DNA of 64,000 bases, taken from the NCBI GenBank assembly GCA_965203175.1, contig OZ241867.1:5344001-5408000 (forward strand), in the 5' to 3' direction. Of the stretch, positions 49,464 through 58,512 are shown piece by piece. A program made the translations under genes and the position numbers. The notes below the pieces were generated by a model. That model worked only from the letters and a program-made list of their open reading frames with translations. It was not told the DNA's origin and made no database searches. Positions within the stretch are counted from its first letter, which is position 1; the number at the start of each line of letters is the position of its first letter. The stretch comes from Candidatus Latescibacterota bacterium (GTDB lineage: Bacteria > Latescibacterota > UBA2968 > UBA8231).

Positions 49464-51494
49464 TCAATAGACGACCGATACGACCCCAGATTTTGTCTCC
49501 CGTCCCTCCTCGGTAGAAGCTTCCACCCGGCAGATGTAGAGCCCCGGGCTTACCTTTTGTCCGCTCCCATCCATCCCGTCCCACCGCTGCACGTGCCGCC
49601 CCGCAGTATCGAGACCATTGTATACCTCCCGCACCCGCCGTCCCGCTAGATCCCGGACCTCCACGATCACCGGCGAGGGTGCTGTCAGCTTGAGCAGGTC
49701 ATAGGAGATGTCCAACCCATCGTTGACGCCGTCCCCATTAGGTGTGAAGATTCCTAAGCTCAGCGACAGCGAGCCTAAAAGCTGACCACCCAGCGACAAC
49801 GACTGGACCGATAGGGTGTTGCCATCGAGGAGCGCCGTAGAGTTACCGGGCTGGATCGGCTGCCGGATATCCTGCGGCATCTCGCTATTGAACACCCGGC
49901 CCGCGAAGATCGCCCCGAAGCGGAATATCTCGCCGTTGAACACCACTTCTATCAACTCCTCGGTCCGATTGAAATCGACCTTCGGCATCGCTACTACTAG
50001 GCGGTCCTCCCCCACTTCCAACTCGGTGAAAGCCACTTCTTCCCCACCGATCCGCACCGCGTCAACGTCCGCCAACCGCCCTCCGTCAACGGATATCTCT
50101 AAGCGGTCAAAACCCGGGGAGTCCAACCCGATTGTGGGCCGGATAGCATAGGTAAACCGAGTCAGTTTGGCGGTCTCCACCTGCCAAGGTTCGATCTCAC
50201 CCACCAGTTCCGCTGCCGCCGGCGGCGACGCGGCGAACTCCACATAGCGCAACTCACTGCCCGCAGCGGCATCCGATTCAAAATCCACTTGGAATTGGAT
50301 GAACTGGCGCGGCCTAGCCGCCGTCAGCGGCACGCCTAGACTGTCGGCGAAGTCGTAGGGGATGGACCACAGATCCCAATTTTCCGCGTCGCGAGTGATC
50401 TTGCCTTGCTCGGATAGTTCCAGCCGCCGGTACGCCCCTCGGGTCAGCGGCCGGCCCCGATCGTTGTAGTTTACCTGTTCGTCGCCCCGGAACGTCTTGC
50501 GCCAGTAGATATTGGGATTGGCGTCGCTCCCGCTCTGGCTGCGGATGGCAACTTTGGCCGCAGCGTCTTTGTGCCCCGACCAGCGGACCCAACCCAGCAC
50601 CATTTCCTCCTCTAGATCGAGGATATTGGACGCGTAAGAGGCCGTGGGCACATAGCCTGGGGCGAAAATTTCGAACTCTGCGATTTCCCAGTCTCGGTTT
50701 TGTGACGACACGAAGAGCGCCAAGCGACGGATGTACTCCCCCGATAGCTCCACATCGACGGTAGGCTTAGTATTTTCCGTGACCTTCCGTTCGGCGTGGA
50801 ACAGCAGATCCTTGCGAAAGAAAAGATCTGCATGCGCCCTGTTGACAAGGCCCACACAGTTGCCGAGATGTCCCGCTCCGCTCGTCGAACACAGATCTGC
50901 GAAGCCGATTCCTAGTTCGGTGTTGGTCGCCGTATTGGTCCATACTTGGAAAGCCTCGATGTAATTTTCTTGGTTTTCGGTTCGCGTGAAAAATCGAATC
51001 TTATTCACGGCAAAGAGACCACCCAAGTCGAACAGAAAGGTCTTCCCGACCGTCAGATATTCCCCCACATTCGACCCACAGCCAACGCGTATCTCGCGCC
51101 TGCAATCAGCGCCTTGCAAGCCGACGTACGCCGTTTCTCTGTCGAGGTCGGTGATCTGCTGTATATCGTCCGCTTCGACCCAAGCTTGGAAGCCCTGAGT
51201 TTGCAAATAGCCGCCCCGCTCCCATACCGTCGGAGCAATGTTCTCCTCTGCGGTAAAGAACAACGGTGAAATCGCGTCGGCTCCGATGATCAGGGACTCG
51301 CCGGACCCGAGTCGAGCCGCCTCGATATCGGCCCAGCTAAACTGGCGCAAGTCGGCTTCACCGCGTTCGACCTCCGGCGGCGGCGGTAGATTCTCACCAC
51401 CCAGCCGATAGATCGTCAATCCCGCGACCGGGACGCCCATCGCTAAGGTCATAAACAGCGCGACTAAGAAGCGACACAAAGGCATTTTGGCCAT
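49464..51494 (-). CDS. Exported protein with discoidin-like region and C-terminal FlgD-Ig/CHU_C-like domain
   Basis: GGAGG RBS before ATG 51494; FDLGGLFAVNKIRF; C-terminal FTPNGDGVND...DLAGRRVR...WDG...SPGLY. Confidence 0.75.
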   Translation of the reverse strand: MAKMPLCRFLVALFMTLAMGVPVAGLTIYRLGGENLPPPPEVERGEADLRQFSWADIEAARLGSGESLIIGADAISPLFFTAEENIAPTVWERGGYLQTQGFQAWVEADDIQQITDLDRETAYVGLQGADCRREIRVGCGSNVGEYLTVGKTFLFDLGGLFAVNKIRFFTRTENQENYIEAFQVWTNTATNTELGIGFADLCSTSGAGHLGNCVGLVNRAHADLFFRKDLLFHAERKVTENTKPTVDVELSGEYIRRLALFVSSQNRDWEIAEFEIFAPGYVPTASYASNILDLEEEMVLGWVRWSGHKDAAAKVAIRSQSGSDANPNIYWRKTFRGDEQVNYNDRGRPLTRGAYRRLELSEQGKITRDAENWDLWSIPYDFADSLGVPLTAARPRQFIQFQVDFESDAAAGSELRYVEFAASPPAAAELVGEIEPWQVETAKLTRFTYAIRPTIGLDSPGFDRLEISVDGGRLADVDAVRIGGEEVAFTELEVGEDRLVVAMPKVDFNRTEELIEVVFNGEIFRFGAIFAGRVFNSEMPQDIRQPIQPGNSTALLDGNTLSVQSLSLGGQLLGSLSLSLGIFTPNGDGVNDGLDISYDLLKLTAPSPVIVEVRDLAGRRVREVYNGLDTAGRHVQRWDGMDGSGQKVSPGLYICRVEASTEEGRETKSGVVSVVY

Positions 51495-51541
51495 GGCTAC
51501 ACCTCCCCAAGGGATTTCGGAGAGTCTAAAAGGGCGGCACT

Positions 51542-51584
51542 TAAATCCAAAGGGGAGATGTGGCCACATCTCCCCTTGGATTTA
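51542..51584. terminator. Strong intergenic hairpin (terminator/attenuator or mRNA-stabilising stem)
   Basis: 28-bp perfect palindrome AAGGGGAGATGTGGCCACATCTCCCCTT (51550-51577), extendable with one bulge. Confidence 0.65.
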
Positions 51585-51612
51585 TGCTGTTTCCCAATGA
51601 CTTGGGATCGGG

Positions 51613-52563
51613 CTACTGCTGAATATAAGCGGCCTTGATGCGACCCCAGCTTTCTTCCTCGACCGCCGTCCCCGTCACCATTTGGCTGAAGTCCACGCGT
51701 GGGTCAGTCGGCGCGAGAAGGAAGTCCGAGCAGTTACCGCAATCGAACCACATCTGGATGTTGGGGTTGATACCCCAGCCGCCAGTGCTGCCGGAATTGT
51801 CTTCGGCATCATTGTCCATATCGTGGACCACCCAACCGAGGCCGATAGTATTGCCTTCGACGAAGGTGTGCTCCGGCTCGCTTTCTGTGGGGCCTACCCA
51901 GTGAAAATCATCCCAAGCGGCCGACATGATCTCGATGCGGGCAGTAACTTCGCCGGCGTTCGACTCCCCGTCTAGCTGGAAGCCGTAATCGCCCCACGGC
52001 GGGACGTCATGCCAAGTCGACTTGCTTTGGAACCACCACTTCCAGCCAAAAGGCTCCAGCGGCGGAAAACGGCAGTGGGCGTTTTGTGCGTAACGGCCCT
52101 GGTTGCGCTGGTGCTCCTCTTCGCTTTCGAAATCGCCGGCCGCGTACCAATGCTGGTCGCCGCCGTGGTCGGAGTCAATCATAATCTCCCAGCTATCGTC
52201 GCCGCCGGCGACCGCGCCGACGCCATTGCGATCCCAGTAGTTGTCGAAGCGCTCCATCATGAAATAGAGGCGATTAGTGCCTTGGCTCCAACCGGCAACG
52301 ACCCTGAAGGACAGATTGCTCTCGTCATTTTCGTGTCCCAACCCAAGATAGTATTCGAAGTGGGACTCAAAGGGCACGTAATAATCCTCAGGGACGATAT
52401 CCCATTCGGACAAGTCGCCATCCAGCGTGGGTTCCATACCAGCAGGGAACTGGAACAGGGTACCGGATTCAATGCCAACGATGTCGACATGAGCCGATAC
52501 CGCGCTGGCCTGTAGCATGATGCCTAAGGCCAAAATACTCGCGATGCTCAAAATCTTCTTCAT
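51613..52563 (-). CDS. Exported CBM9/DOMON-like protein with C-terminal TAVEEESWGRIKA tail
   Basis: Signal peptide from ATG 52563; PTLDGDLSEW and GWSQGTNRLYF; homologous to the N-domain of 33446..34540. Confidence 0.75.
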   Translation of the reverse strand: MKKILSIASILALGIMLQASAVSAHVDIVGIESGTLFQFPAGMEPTLDGDLSEWDIVPEDYYVPFESHFEYYLGLGHENDESNLSFRVVAGWSQGTNRLYFMMERFDNYWDRNGVGAVAGGDDSWEIMIDSDHGGDQHWYAAGDFESEEEHQRNQGRYAQNAHCRFPPLEPFGWKWWFQSKSTWHDVPPWGDYGFQLDGESNAGEVTARIEIMSAAWDDFHWVGPTESEPEHTFVEGNTIGLGWVVHDMDNDAEDNSGSTGGWGINPNIQMWFDCGNCSDFLLAPTDPRVDFSQMVTGTAVEEESWGRIKAAYIQQ

Positions 52564-52692
52564 AACGCAATTCACCTCATGGGTTCGTGGTTTGAATATT
52601 CGTCAAAAAAACGAAAAGTGAGCTTCTAATGCCTAAAACGGCCTCTCTTTACCTCCTTTCAACAGCTCTTAATAGTTGCTAAATATCGGCAC

Positions 52693-52722
52693 AATATAAA
52701 TAAAGAGGAGAGCAAAAGACAA
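52693..52722 (-). promoter_or_regulatory. Possible sigma70-type promoter for the surface operon
   Basis: Minus strand TTGTCT-N18-TATATT in an AT-rich intergenic region. Confidence 0.35.
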
Positions 52723-52728
52723 CTACCT

Positions 52729-54720
52729 CTATTTTTCGCCTCCTTCCTCCAAATACCAAGTCTCCGGATAGTACGGCCACGTCCAGCGCGAATCCCAACC
52801 CCAATAGCCCTGGGGCGGCACATTGCGCAGCTTGCGACTGACCACGACCGGATGCGGCCCCAAGCCAATGACGCCAAGTGCCCACAGGTTCTCAGCTTGG
52901 CTGCGGAGGATCTTCTTGCCCATCGCAATGCGTTCGTCCTCGTCCGTGGTGCGGCGCAGTATCTCCCACCAGCCGATCAGCTCCTTGATCTGCGCCGGCG
53001 GCTCCCACCCAAGCGCGCCGTCGGAGAAGTACCACCGCGTCCACTTGGACCATTGACTCTGCTCCCAGCCGCCATTGGTCGGCACATACCAGTACGGCTC
53101 AATGGGGAAGAGGATATCCGCATTGCGGTCGGCGTGCCAGATGGTCATGTCCATCAAACCCGCCCTAGCGCGGATCCGCTGCAGCGTGCCGCTGATCTGT
53201 TTGAGATTGACGTTTACCCCCACCTCGCGCCAGTAAGCCGAAACCAAGTCTAGGGTAACCTGCTTGGGCGTCTCGCCGATCATGTACTCCAAGGTGATTT
53301 GCAATGGCTTGCCGTCGAACCGCTCGCGCCGGCCATCTCCATCGCGATCGACAAGTCCCATTTCGTCGAACAGGGCACGCGCTCGCACCGGGTCAAACTC
53401 TGCCCAAGCCGTGGCAAATTCTGGCTCGAAGTAGCGACTTGCAGACACTACCGTAAGTTGACGCGGCACCCCATAACCAAAGTAAACGATGTCGTTGATT
53501 TCCTCCCGATTGATGGCCAGCGACATCGCCCGGCGGAAGCGCACGTCTTGGAAAATCCGCCGCAGCCCCTCGTCGGGATGATTCAAATTGAACTGCAACA
53601 CCACGTCCGAGCCGTACGGCCGCGGCCAGACGTACGTGGAATAGTCGTTGTGCTGCTCAAAGCGCTTAAACAGCGGAATATCGGCTGTCATAAATTGCCG
53701 TCCGGCAAAGTCAACCTGTCCGGTCGAGGCTTTGGCCGCCATAATCTCGGGGCTATCGACCCGCTGTACCTCCAGATAGTCGATGTAGGGCAACTGGTTG
53801 CCTGCGGGATCCACCTTGAAATAGTAGGGATTGCGGCGCAATAGGGCGCGCGTCGAGGTCCGGCTGACTAGTACGTACGCCGTCAGCACGGGGCGGTTGA
53901 AGTGAATCAGATCAGTCGTGCTGTTGACCGCCACGAAATAGGTGAGCCAATCCTGCAAACCCAGCTCTTCGGCTTCGCGCTCCAACTGCGCGGGATCGGT
54001 AAACGCCGGGTGGTAGCGGCGCATGAAGTGCGCAGGCATCACCAAGCGCGAACTGTTGTGGGCGAGATGGTTGACAAACAGCGGCATCGGCTGGGGAAAG
54101 TGATAACTAAAACTGTGCGCATCGTGCTTTTCGATTCGCGCGCCCTTGAACCGAGGCTCTACCACCGGCGTGAGTTCCTCGTTCATCAGCACGTGGTCGA
54201 ACCAGAACGCGTAGTCGTCAGCCGTTACGGGATGGCCGTCGGACCACTTGTGGCCGGGGCGCAGAGTAATCCGCAAGGTCCGCGCACCGTTGAGGTATTC
54301 GGCCTTTGCCGCAAAATTCGGCAGATTCAACCGCATTTGCGGCCCCGGACGCAGCACTCCCTCGGGCACGTTGATCAGACTTTCACCCGCGAAAAACAGC
54401 CGGGCCGTGCCTCCGTAGCGGCCAATCTCGCCGAAAGGTTGGACCACCACAGGGTCGTCGGGCAGGCGCTCGGCGACCGGCGGCAATTCACCGGCAGCCA
54501 CCAATTCATCGAGCGCGGGCGATTGGCGAAAGGTCTGCAATCCCACTGCCGAAGCCGTGGCCGGCGGCCGGAACCAAGCCTCTGGCCACGCACTCTGCGG
54601 GATGTCGCCCGTCGTCGACGCCTCAGCCGCGATCGGACGCTCCGCTTCGACCGGAATACAACCCAACCACGCAACTGCGCCGATACTCCACACCATCTTG
54701 CCCCATCCAATCACCTGCAT
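52729..54720 (-). CDS. ABC transporter substrate-binding protein, family 5
   Basis: GELPPVAERLP, GRYGG, KWSDGHPVTADD, RNPYYFKVD..GNQLPYID and FRRAMSLAINR motifs. Confidence 0.9.
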   Translation of the reverse strand: MQVIGWGKMVWSIGAVAWLGCIPVEAERPIAAEASTTGDIPQSAWPEAWFRPPATASAVGLQTFRQSPALDELVAAGELPPVAERLPDDPVVVQPFGEIGRYGGTARLFFAGESLINVPEGVLRPGPQMRLNLPNFAAKAEYLNGARTLRITLRPGHKWSDGHPVTADDYAFWFDHVLMNEELTPVVEPRFKGARIEKHDAHSFSYHFPQPMPLFVNHLAHNSSRLVMPAHFMRRYHPAFTDPAQLEREAEELGLQDWLTYFVAVNSTTDLIHFNRPVLTAYVLVSRTSTRALLRRNPYYFKVDPAGNQLPYIDYLEVQRVDSPEIMAAKASTGQVDFAGRQFMTADIPLFKRFEQHNDYSTYVWPRPYGSDVVLQFNLNHPDEGLRRIFQDVRFRRAMSLAINREEINDIVYFGYGVPRQLTVVSASRYFEPEFATAWAEFDPVRARALFDEMGLVDRDGDGRRERFDGKPLQITLEYMIGETPKQVTLDLVSAYWREVGVNVNLKQISGTLQRIRARAGLMDMTIWHADRNADILFPIEPYWYVPTNGGWEQSQWSKWTRWYFSDGALGWEPPAQIKELIGWWEILRRTTDEDERIAMGKKILRSQAENLWALGVIGLGPHPVVVSRKLRNVPPQGYWGWDSRWTWPYYPETWYLEEGGEK

Positions 54721-54835
54721 GACCTCTCTCCTTTTCCCATCTTCTTGACGAGTTGGACGAAGTTTAATAATCTGTACCCCACCAACACAAAGCGTCCCCC
54801 TTGCGCAACTAATTGTGCCACCAGGAAAAACCGCC

Positions 54836-56086
54836 ATGACCGTGACCGCACAGCCCCAATTACAACAAGAGCAAGAGCAAGCCCCGCCCCCTCAGCCTCA
54901 ATGTACGGCTGCCCGCCTGATCCACGCCGCCCTCGCCGACATCCCCATCCCCTGTCAGTTTACCTTTGCACAAGGTGAGACCTTGCGCTTAGGACCAGCG
55001 GGCGAACCGGCCTTTAGCGTCGTCTTCCACTCCGACGAGGTGCTCGGCAAAAGACTCGACGAATACGCCATCGGTCGCGCTTACGTCGAGGGCCAGATCG
55101 AAATCGAGGGCGATGTGCTCTCCTTCCTAGATCTGCGCCAGTACGCCAAGGGCAAGGTCAGCCCCGGCTTCCTGCTGCGGGCCTATCTACAACTCCTCTG
55201 GAGCAACCGCATCCGCCTCAATCGCGCTGCCATCGCGCACCACTATAACTTCGGCGACGATTTCTACTTGGCGTTCGTCGATCGCCAGTACCATCTCTAC
55301 TCACACTGCCTCTTTCACGACGATGACGAAACACTGGAGCAGGCCGCCGAGCACAAATTTGCCACTATGGCCCAAGCCCTGCGCCTGCAAGCGGGCGACC
55401 GCCTGCTCGACATCGGCGCGGGCTGGGGCGCAGTTACCCGCTACGCCGGCCCGCGCGGCATCCACAGCACGGCCCTGACCATTGCCGAGGACTCGCACCG
55501 ACTGCACCGAGAACTCATCGCCGAACAAGGGCTGACGAACTGCCAAATCCTCCTTGAAGATTTCCTCGAGCACGACCCGCCCGAACCGTACGACGCTATC
55601 GTCATCTTCGGCGTCATTGAGCATATCCCACACTACCGCGACTTTGCCGCGCAAGTGTGGAAATGCCTCAAACCCGGAGGGCGCATCTATTTGGACGCCT
55701 CGGCCACGCTTGAGAAATACAAGGTGAGCAACTTCGTGCGTCGCTATATCTACCCCGGCACTCACACGTACCTGTGCCTACCCGACCTGCTGCAAGAGTT
55801 CCTCATGCACGGCTTCAAGGTGGAGGAAGTGGTAGATGAAACTCACGAGTACGCCCTGACGCTGGAGCACTGGGCCTCTCGCTTTGAGGCCAACCGCCAG
55901 ACCATGGTTGAACGCTGGGGCGAAGCGGTTTTCCGCGCCTTCCGCCTGTACTTGTGGGGCGGGTCCCACGCCATGCACAACCACCAACTCCAAGCCTACC
56001 ACGTGGTGGCCCAACGCACCGAGGACCCCGGCATCCGGCCAAGTTTTTTCAAGCGCCTGCTCTACTTCATCCGCAGTCTCAAATAG
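54836..56086 (+). CDS. Cyclopropane-fatty-acyl-phospholipid synthase family SAM methyltransferase
   Basis: IAHHYN, YS..F, LEQA..K, LLDIGAGWG, IEHI, FVRRYIYPG and HYA-like EYALTL..W motifs. Confidence 0.85.
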   Translation: MTVTAQPQLQQEQEQAPPPQPQCTAARLIHAALADIPIPCQFTFAQGETLRLGPAGEPAFSVVFHSDEVLGKRLDEYAIGRAYVEGQIEIEGDVLSFLDLRQYAKGKVSPGFLLRAYLQLLWSNRIRLNRAAIAHHYNFGDDFYLAFVDRQYHLYSHCLFHDDDETLEQAAEHKFATMAQALRLQAGDRLLDIGAGWGAVTRYAGPRGIHSTALTIAEDSHRLHRELIAEQGLTNCQILLEDFLEHDPPEPYDAIVIFGVIEHIPHYRDFAAQVWKCLKPGGRIYLDASATLEKYKVSNFVRRYIYPGTHTYLCLPDLLQEFLMHGFKVEEVVDETHEYALTLEHWASRFEANRQTMVERWGEAVFRAFRLYLWGGSHAMHNHQLQAYHVVAQRTEDPGIRPSFFKRLLYFIRSLK

Positions 56087-56096
56087 GCGGTTCCCC

Positions 56097-58034
56097 ACGT
56101 CCCGCACCACCCCTCTACCCTCTTTCTCTCTGCGCGCCGTCCTCACGGGTTTGCTCCTCGTGGGGGCGATCAGCGTGCTGAGTCCTTGGGGCATTCTCAT
56201 AGTCAAGGGCTCGCAGATTACCAGCAATGCCATCCCCTTAATCGCCGTCCTTTTTCTTTTTCTGCTGACAGCCGTAGCCCTGCCCCTGCTCAAGCTGCTA
56301 GGCCGCACGTGGGCCTTTTCCCGCACCGAACTCATCGCCGTGTACGCCATGATGCTGGTCGGCGCGGTCGTGGTTACCACCGGCTTCACCGGCAGCTTCC
56401 TGTCGGTCATCACCGGGGCCGCGTACTACGCCACGCCGGAGAATGCCTGGCAGGAACTCTTCGTCGAATACATCCATCCCTGGCTGGTTCCCGCCGATAC
56501 CGAGGCCGTGCGCCTGTTCTACGAAGGGCTGCCCCAGGGCAGCGCCATACCATGGGCCGCCTGGAGCCGCCCACTATTCGCCTGGATATGCTTTATCTTC
56601 GTCTTCTACTGGGTCCTCTTTTGCCTCGGCGTGTTGCTCAGAGGCCAGTGGATCGCCAACGAGCGGCTTGTCTTTCCCCTCACCCGCCTGCCTCTCGCCA
56701 TGCTCGAAGACGCAGACTCCGCGCCCCTCTTCAGCGGCCTGTTTAAAAACCGCCTGCTGTGGCTGGGCTTTGCCGTGCCGCTCCTCCTCCACTCGTGGAA
56801 CTCGCTCAACTACTACCACGACGCCTTCCAGCCTATAGCCCTGAACGGCAGATTGTCCCTGCTCCAAGGCAGCGTCAGCCTGCCCTGGCTGATCAACCTG
56901 CCGATCCTGGGCCTAGCTTACCTGATGGCGCTCAGCGTCTCCTTCAGCATTTGGTTTTTCTTTTTGTTCTACACCCTAGAAAAAGTCGTCTTCGCCCGCA
57001 TCGGCCTCGTAATCGGCGGAGGCGATATTTGGACCTCGGGCGGTGGCTCAGTCCCCATCTCTCACCAGCAGGCCGGCGGCCTCTTGGTGCTGACCCTCTT
57101 CGTGTTGTGGACCGCCCGCACTCATCTGCGCCGCCTGTGGAGCCAAGCGTTAAAAGGCGAGCCAGCCCCCGGCGAACTCATGGCCCCGCGCACGGCCTTT
57201 GGCGGCCTAGCAGCCGGCGTGGCGTTCATGGTTGCCTGGCTGACCCTCACTGGCCTCTCCCTGTACGCGGCGGTGCTGCTGGTGGTAGGGGCGCTCATCG
57301 TCTTTATCGGTCTGTCGCGCATCGTCTGTGAGGCTGGTATCCCCGGCTGCCAGACGCCGATGGCACCACAGGCCTTCATCACCCGAGGTATTGGCCCCGA
57401 GACCCTCGGCCTTGGCAACATGACCGGCTTGGGTCTGAGCACGGTGTGGATGGGCGAGACCGCGGCCAACATGATGAACGCCATCATGCACAGCCTCAAG
57501 CTCACCTCCGGCGACTCGCCCGCGCCGCGCTGGCTGCCTTGGGCCTTGTTTGCCGCCATCGCCGTGGGGCTACTCGGCTCCATCTGGTTTACCATGACCC
57601 TAGCCTATACCTATGGCGGCATCAACCTGCACGGCTGGTACTTTAGCGGCGCGCCGCGCTGGCCCTTTACCTATATGGCGTCAGTGTACAACGCGCCCGA
57701 GCCGTCATTTGCCCCGCGCCTCGCCTTCACCGCCAGCGGGAGCTTTGTCATGGCAGCCCTGCTCTTTTTGCGCCACCGCTTCACGTGGTGGCCACTGCAT
57801 CCTTTGGGTTTTCCCATCGCCTCCACCTTCACCATTGTTTACTATGGCTGGTTGTCCATCTTTTTGGCCTGGTTACTCAAGGCGACCATCCTGCGTTACG
57901 GCGGGGTGCGCACCTACCGCGCCCTGCTGCCGTTCTTTTTGGGCCTGATCCTCGGCGACTTCACCACAGCTTGCCTGTGGCTCTTCATCGACGGGGCCTA
58001 CGGCGTCGAGGGCAACATGATCTTCAACTTCTGA
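56097..58034 (+). CDS. DUF6785/DUF6784-like polytopic membrane protein (start uncertain, ACG proposed)
   Basis: YYATPENAW, ERLVFPL, WWPLHPLG and ILRYGG...PFFLGL motifs; no ATG/GTG/TTG between the upstream stop and the first TM. Confidence 0.72.
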   Translation, partial: TSRTTPLPSFSLRAVLTGLLLVGAISVLSPWGILIVKGSQITSNAIPLIAVLFLFLLTAVALPLLKLLGRTWAFSRTELIAVYAMMLVGAVVVTTGFTGSFLSVITGAAYYATPENAWQELFVEYIHPWLVPADTEAVRLFYEGLPQGSAIPWAAWSRPLFAWICFIFVFYWVLFCLGVLLRGQWIANERLVFPLTRLPLAMLEDADSAPLFSGLFKNRLLWLGFAVPLLLHSWNSLNYYHDAFQPIALNGRLSLLQGSVSLPWLINLPILGLAYLMALSVSFSIWFFFLFYTLEKVVFARIGLVIGGGDIWTSGGGSVPISHQQAGGLLVLTLFVLWTARTHLRRLWSQALKGEPAPGELMAPRTAFGGLAAGVAFMVAWLTLTGLSLYAAVLLVVGALIVFIGLSRIVCEAGIPGCQTPMAPQAFITRGIGPETLGLGNMTGLGLSTVWMGETAANMMNAIMHSLKLTSGDSPAPRWLPWALFAAIAVGLLGSIWFTMTLAYTYGGINLHGWYFSGAPRWPFTYMASVYNAPEPSFAPRLAFTASGSFVMAALLFLRHRFTWWPLHPLGFPIASTFTIVYYGWLSIFLAWLLKATILRYGGVRTYRALLPFFLGLILGDFTTACLWLFIDGAYGVEGNMIFNF

Positions 58035-58127
58035 AGTCTGCTTTTGACACGTAATACACGCTCAATTTGACTCAGCGGACTAAATGCCAGACACTTGGCA
58101 CAACCTAAAGAAAAGGAGCAAACGGCC

Positions 58128-58442
58128 ATGATTCGCAAAGCCTTTGTCATGCAAGTCAATCCCGACCAACACGCCGAATACGAAGCGCGCCACAACCCCA
58201 TCTGGCCCGAGTTGGAGCAGACCCTCAAAGAACACGGCGTCCACAACTATTCCATCTTCCTCGACGCAGACACCCATCAGCTTTTTGCCTACGTGGAGCT
58301 CGAAGACGAAGAGCGCTGGAATAGCATTGCCGAGACGCCGAATTGCCGCCGGTGGTGGACCTACATGAAGGACATCATGGCCACCAACCCCGACGACAGC
58401 CCCCGTGCCAAGGACCTGCGCGAGGTCTTCCACATCGACTGA
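58128..58442 (+). CDS. rhaM: L-rhamnose mutarotase
   Basis: MIRKAFVM...[13 protein letters not shown]...NYSIFL...RRWW.YM...EVFHID; 104 aa; AAGGAG RBS. Confidence 0.93.
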   Translation: MIRKAFVMQVNPDQHAEYEARHNPIWPELEQTLKEHGVHNYSIFLDADTHQLFAYVELEDEERWNSIAETPNCRRWWTYMKDIMATNPDDSPRAKDLREVFHID

Positions 58443-58512
58443 GTTAGCGTTGGCAGCACATCGTCCTTAGCTTCTGTACTCTAACTTCGCTGCGGAATTT
58501 GCCTGAAAAACC

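Noticed and set aside
44644-51494. Flagellar hook-capping FlgD genes
   Set aside because: Only the C-terminal Ig-like module resembles FlgD; the proteins are 676-857 aa with Sec signals and no flagellar genes are nearby.
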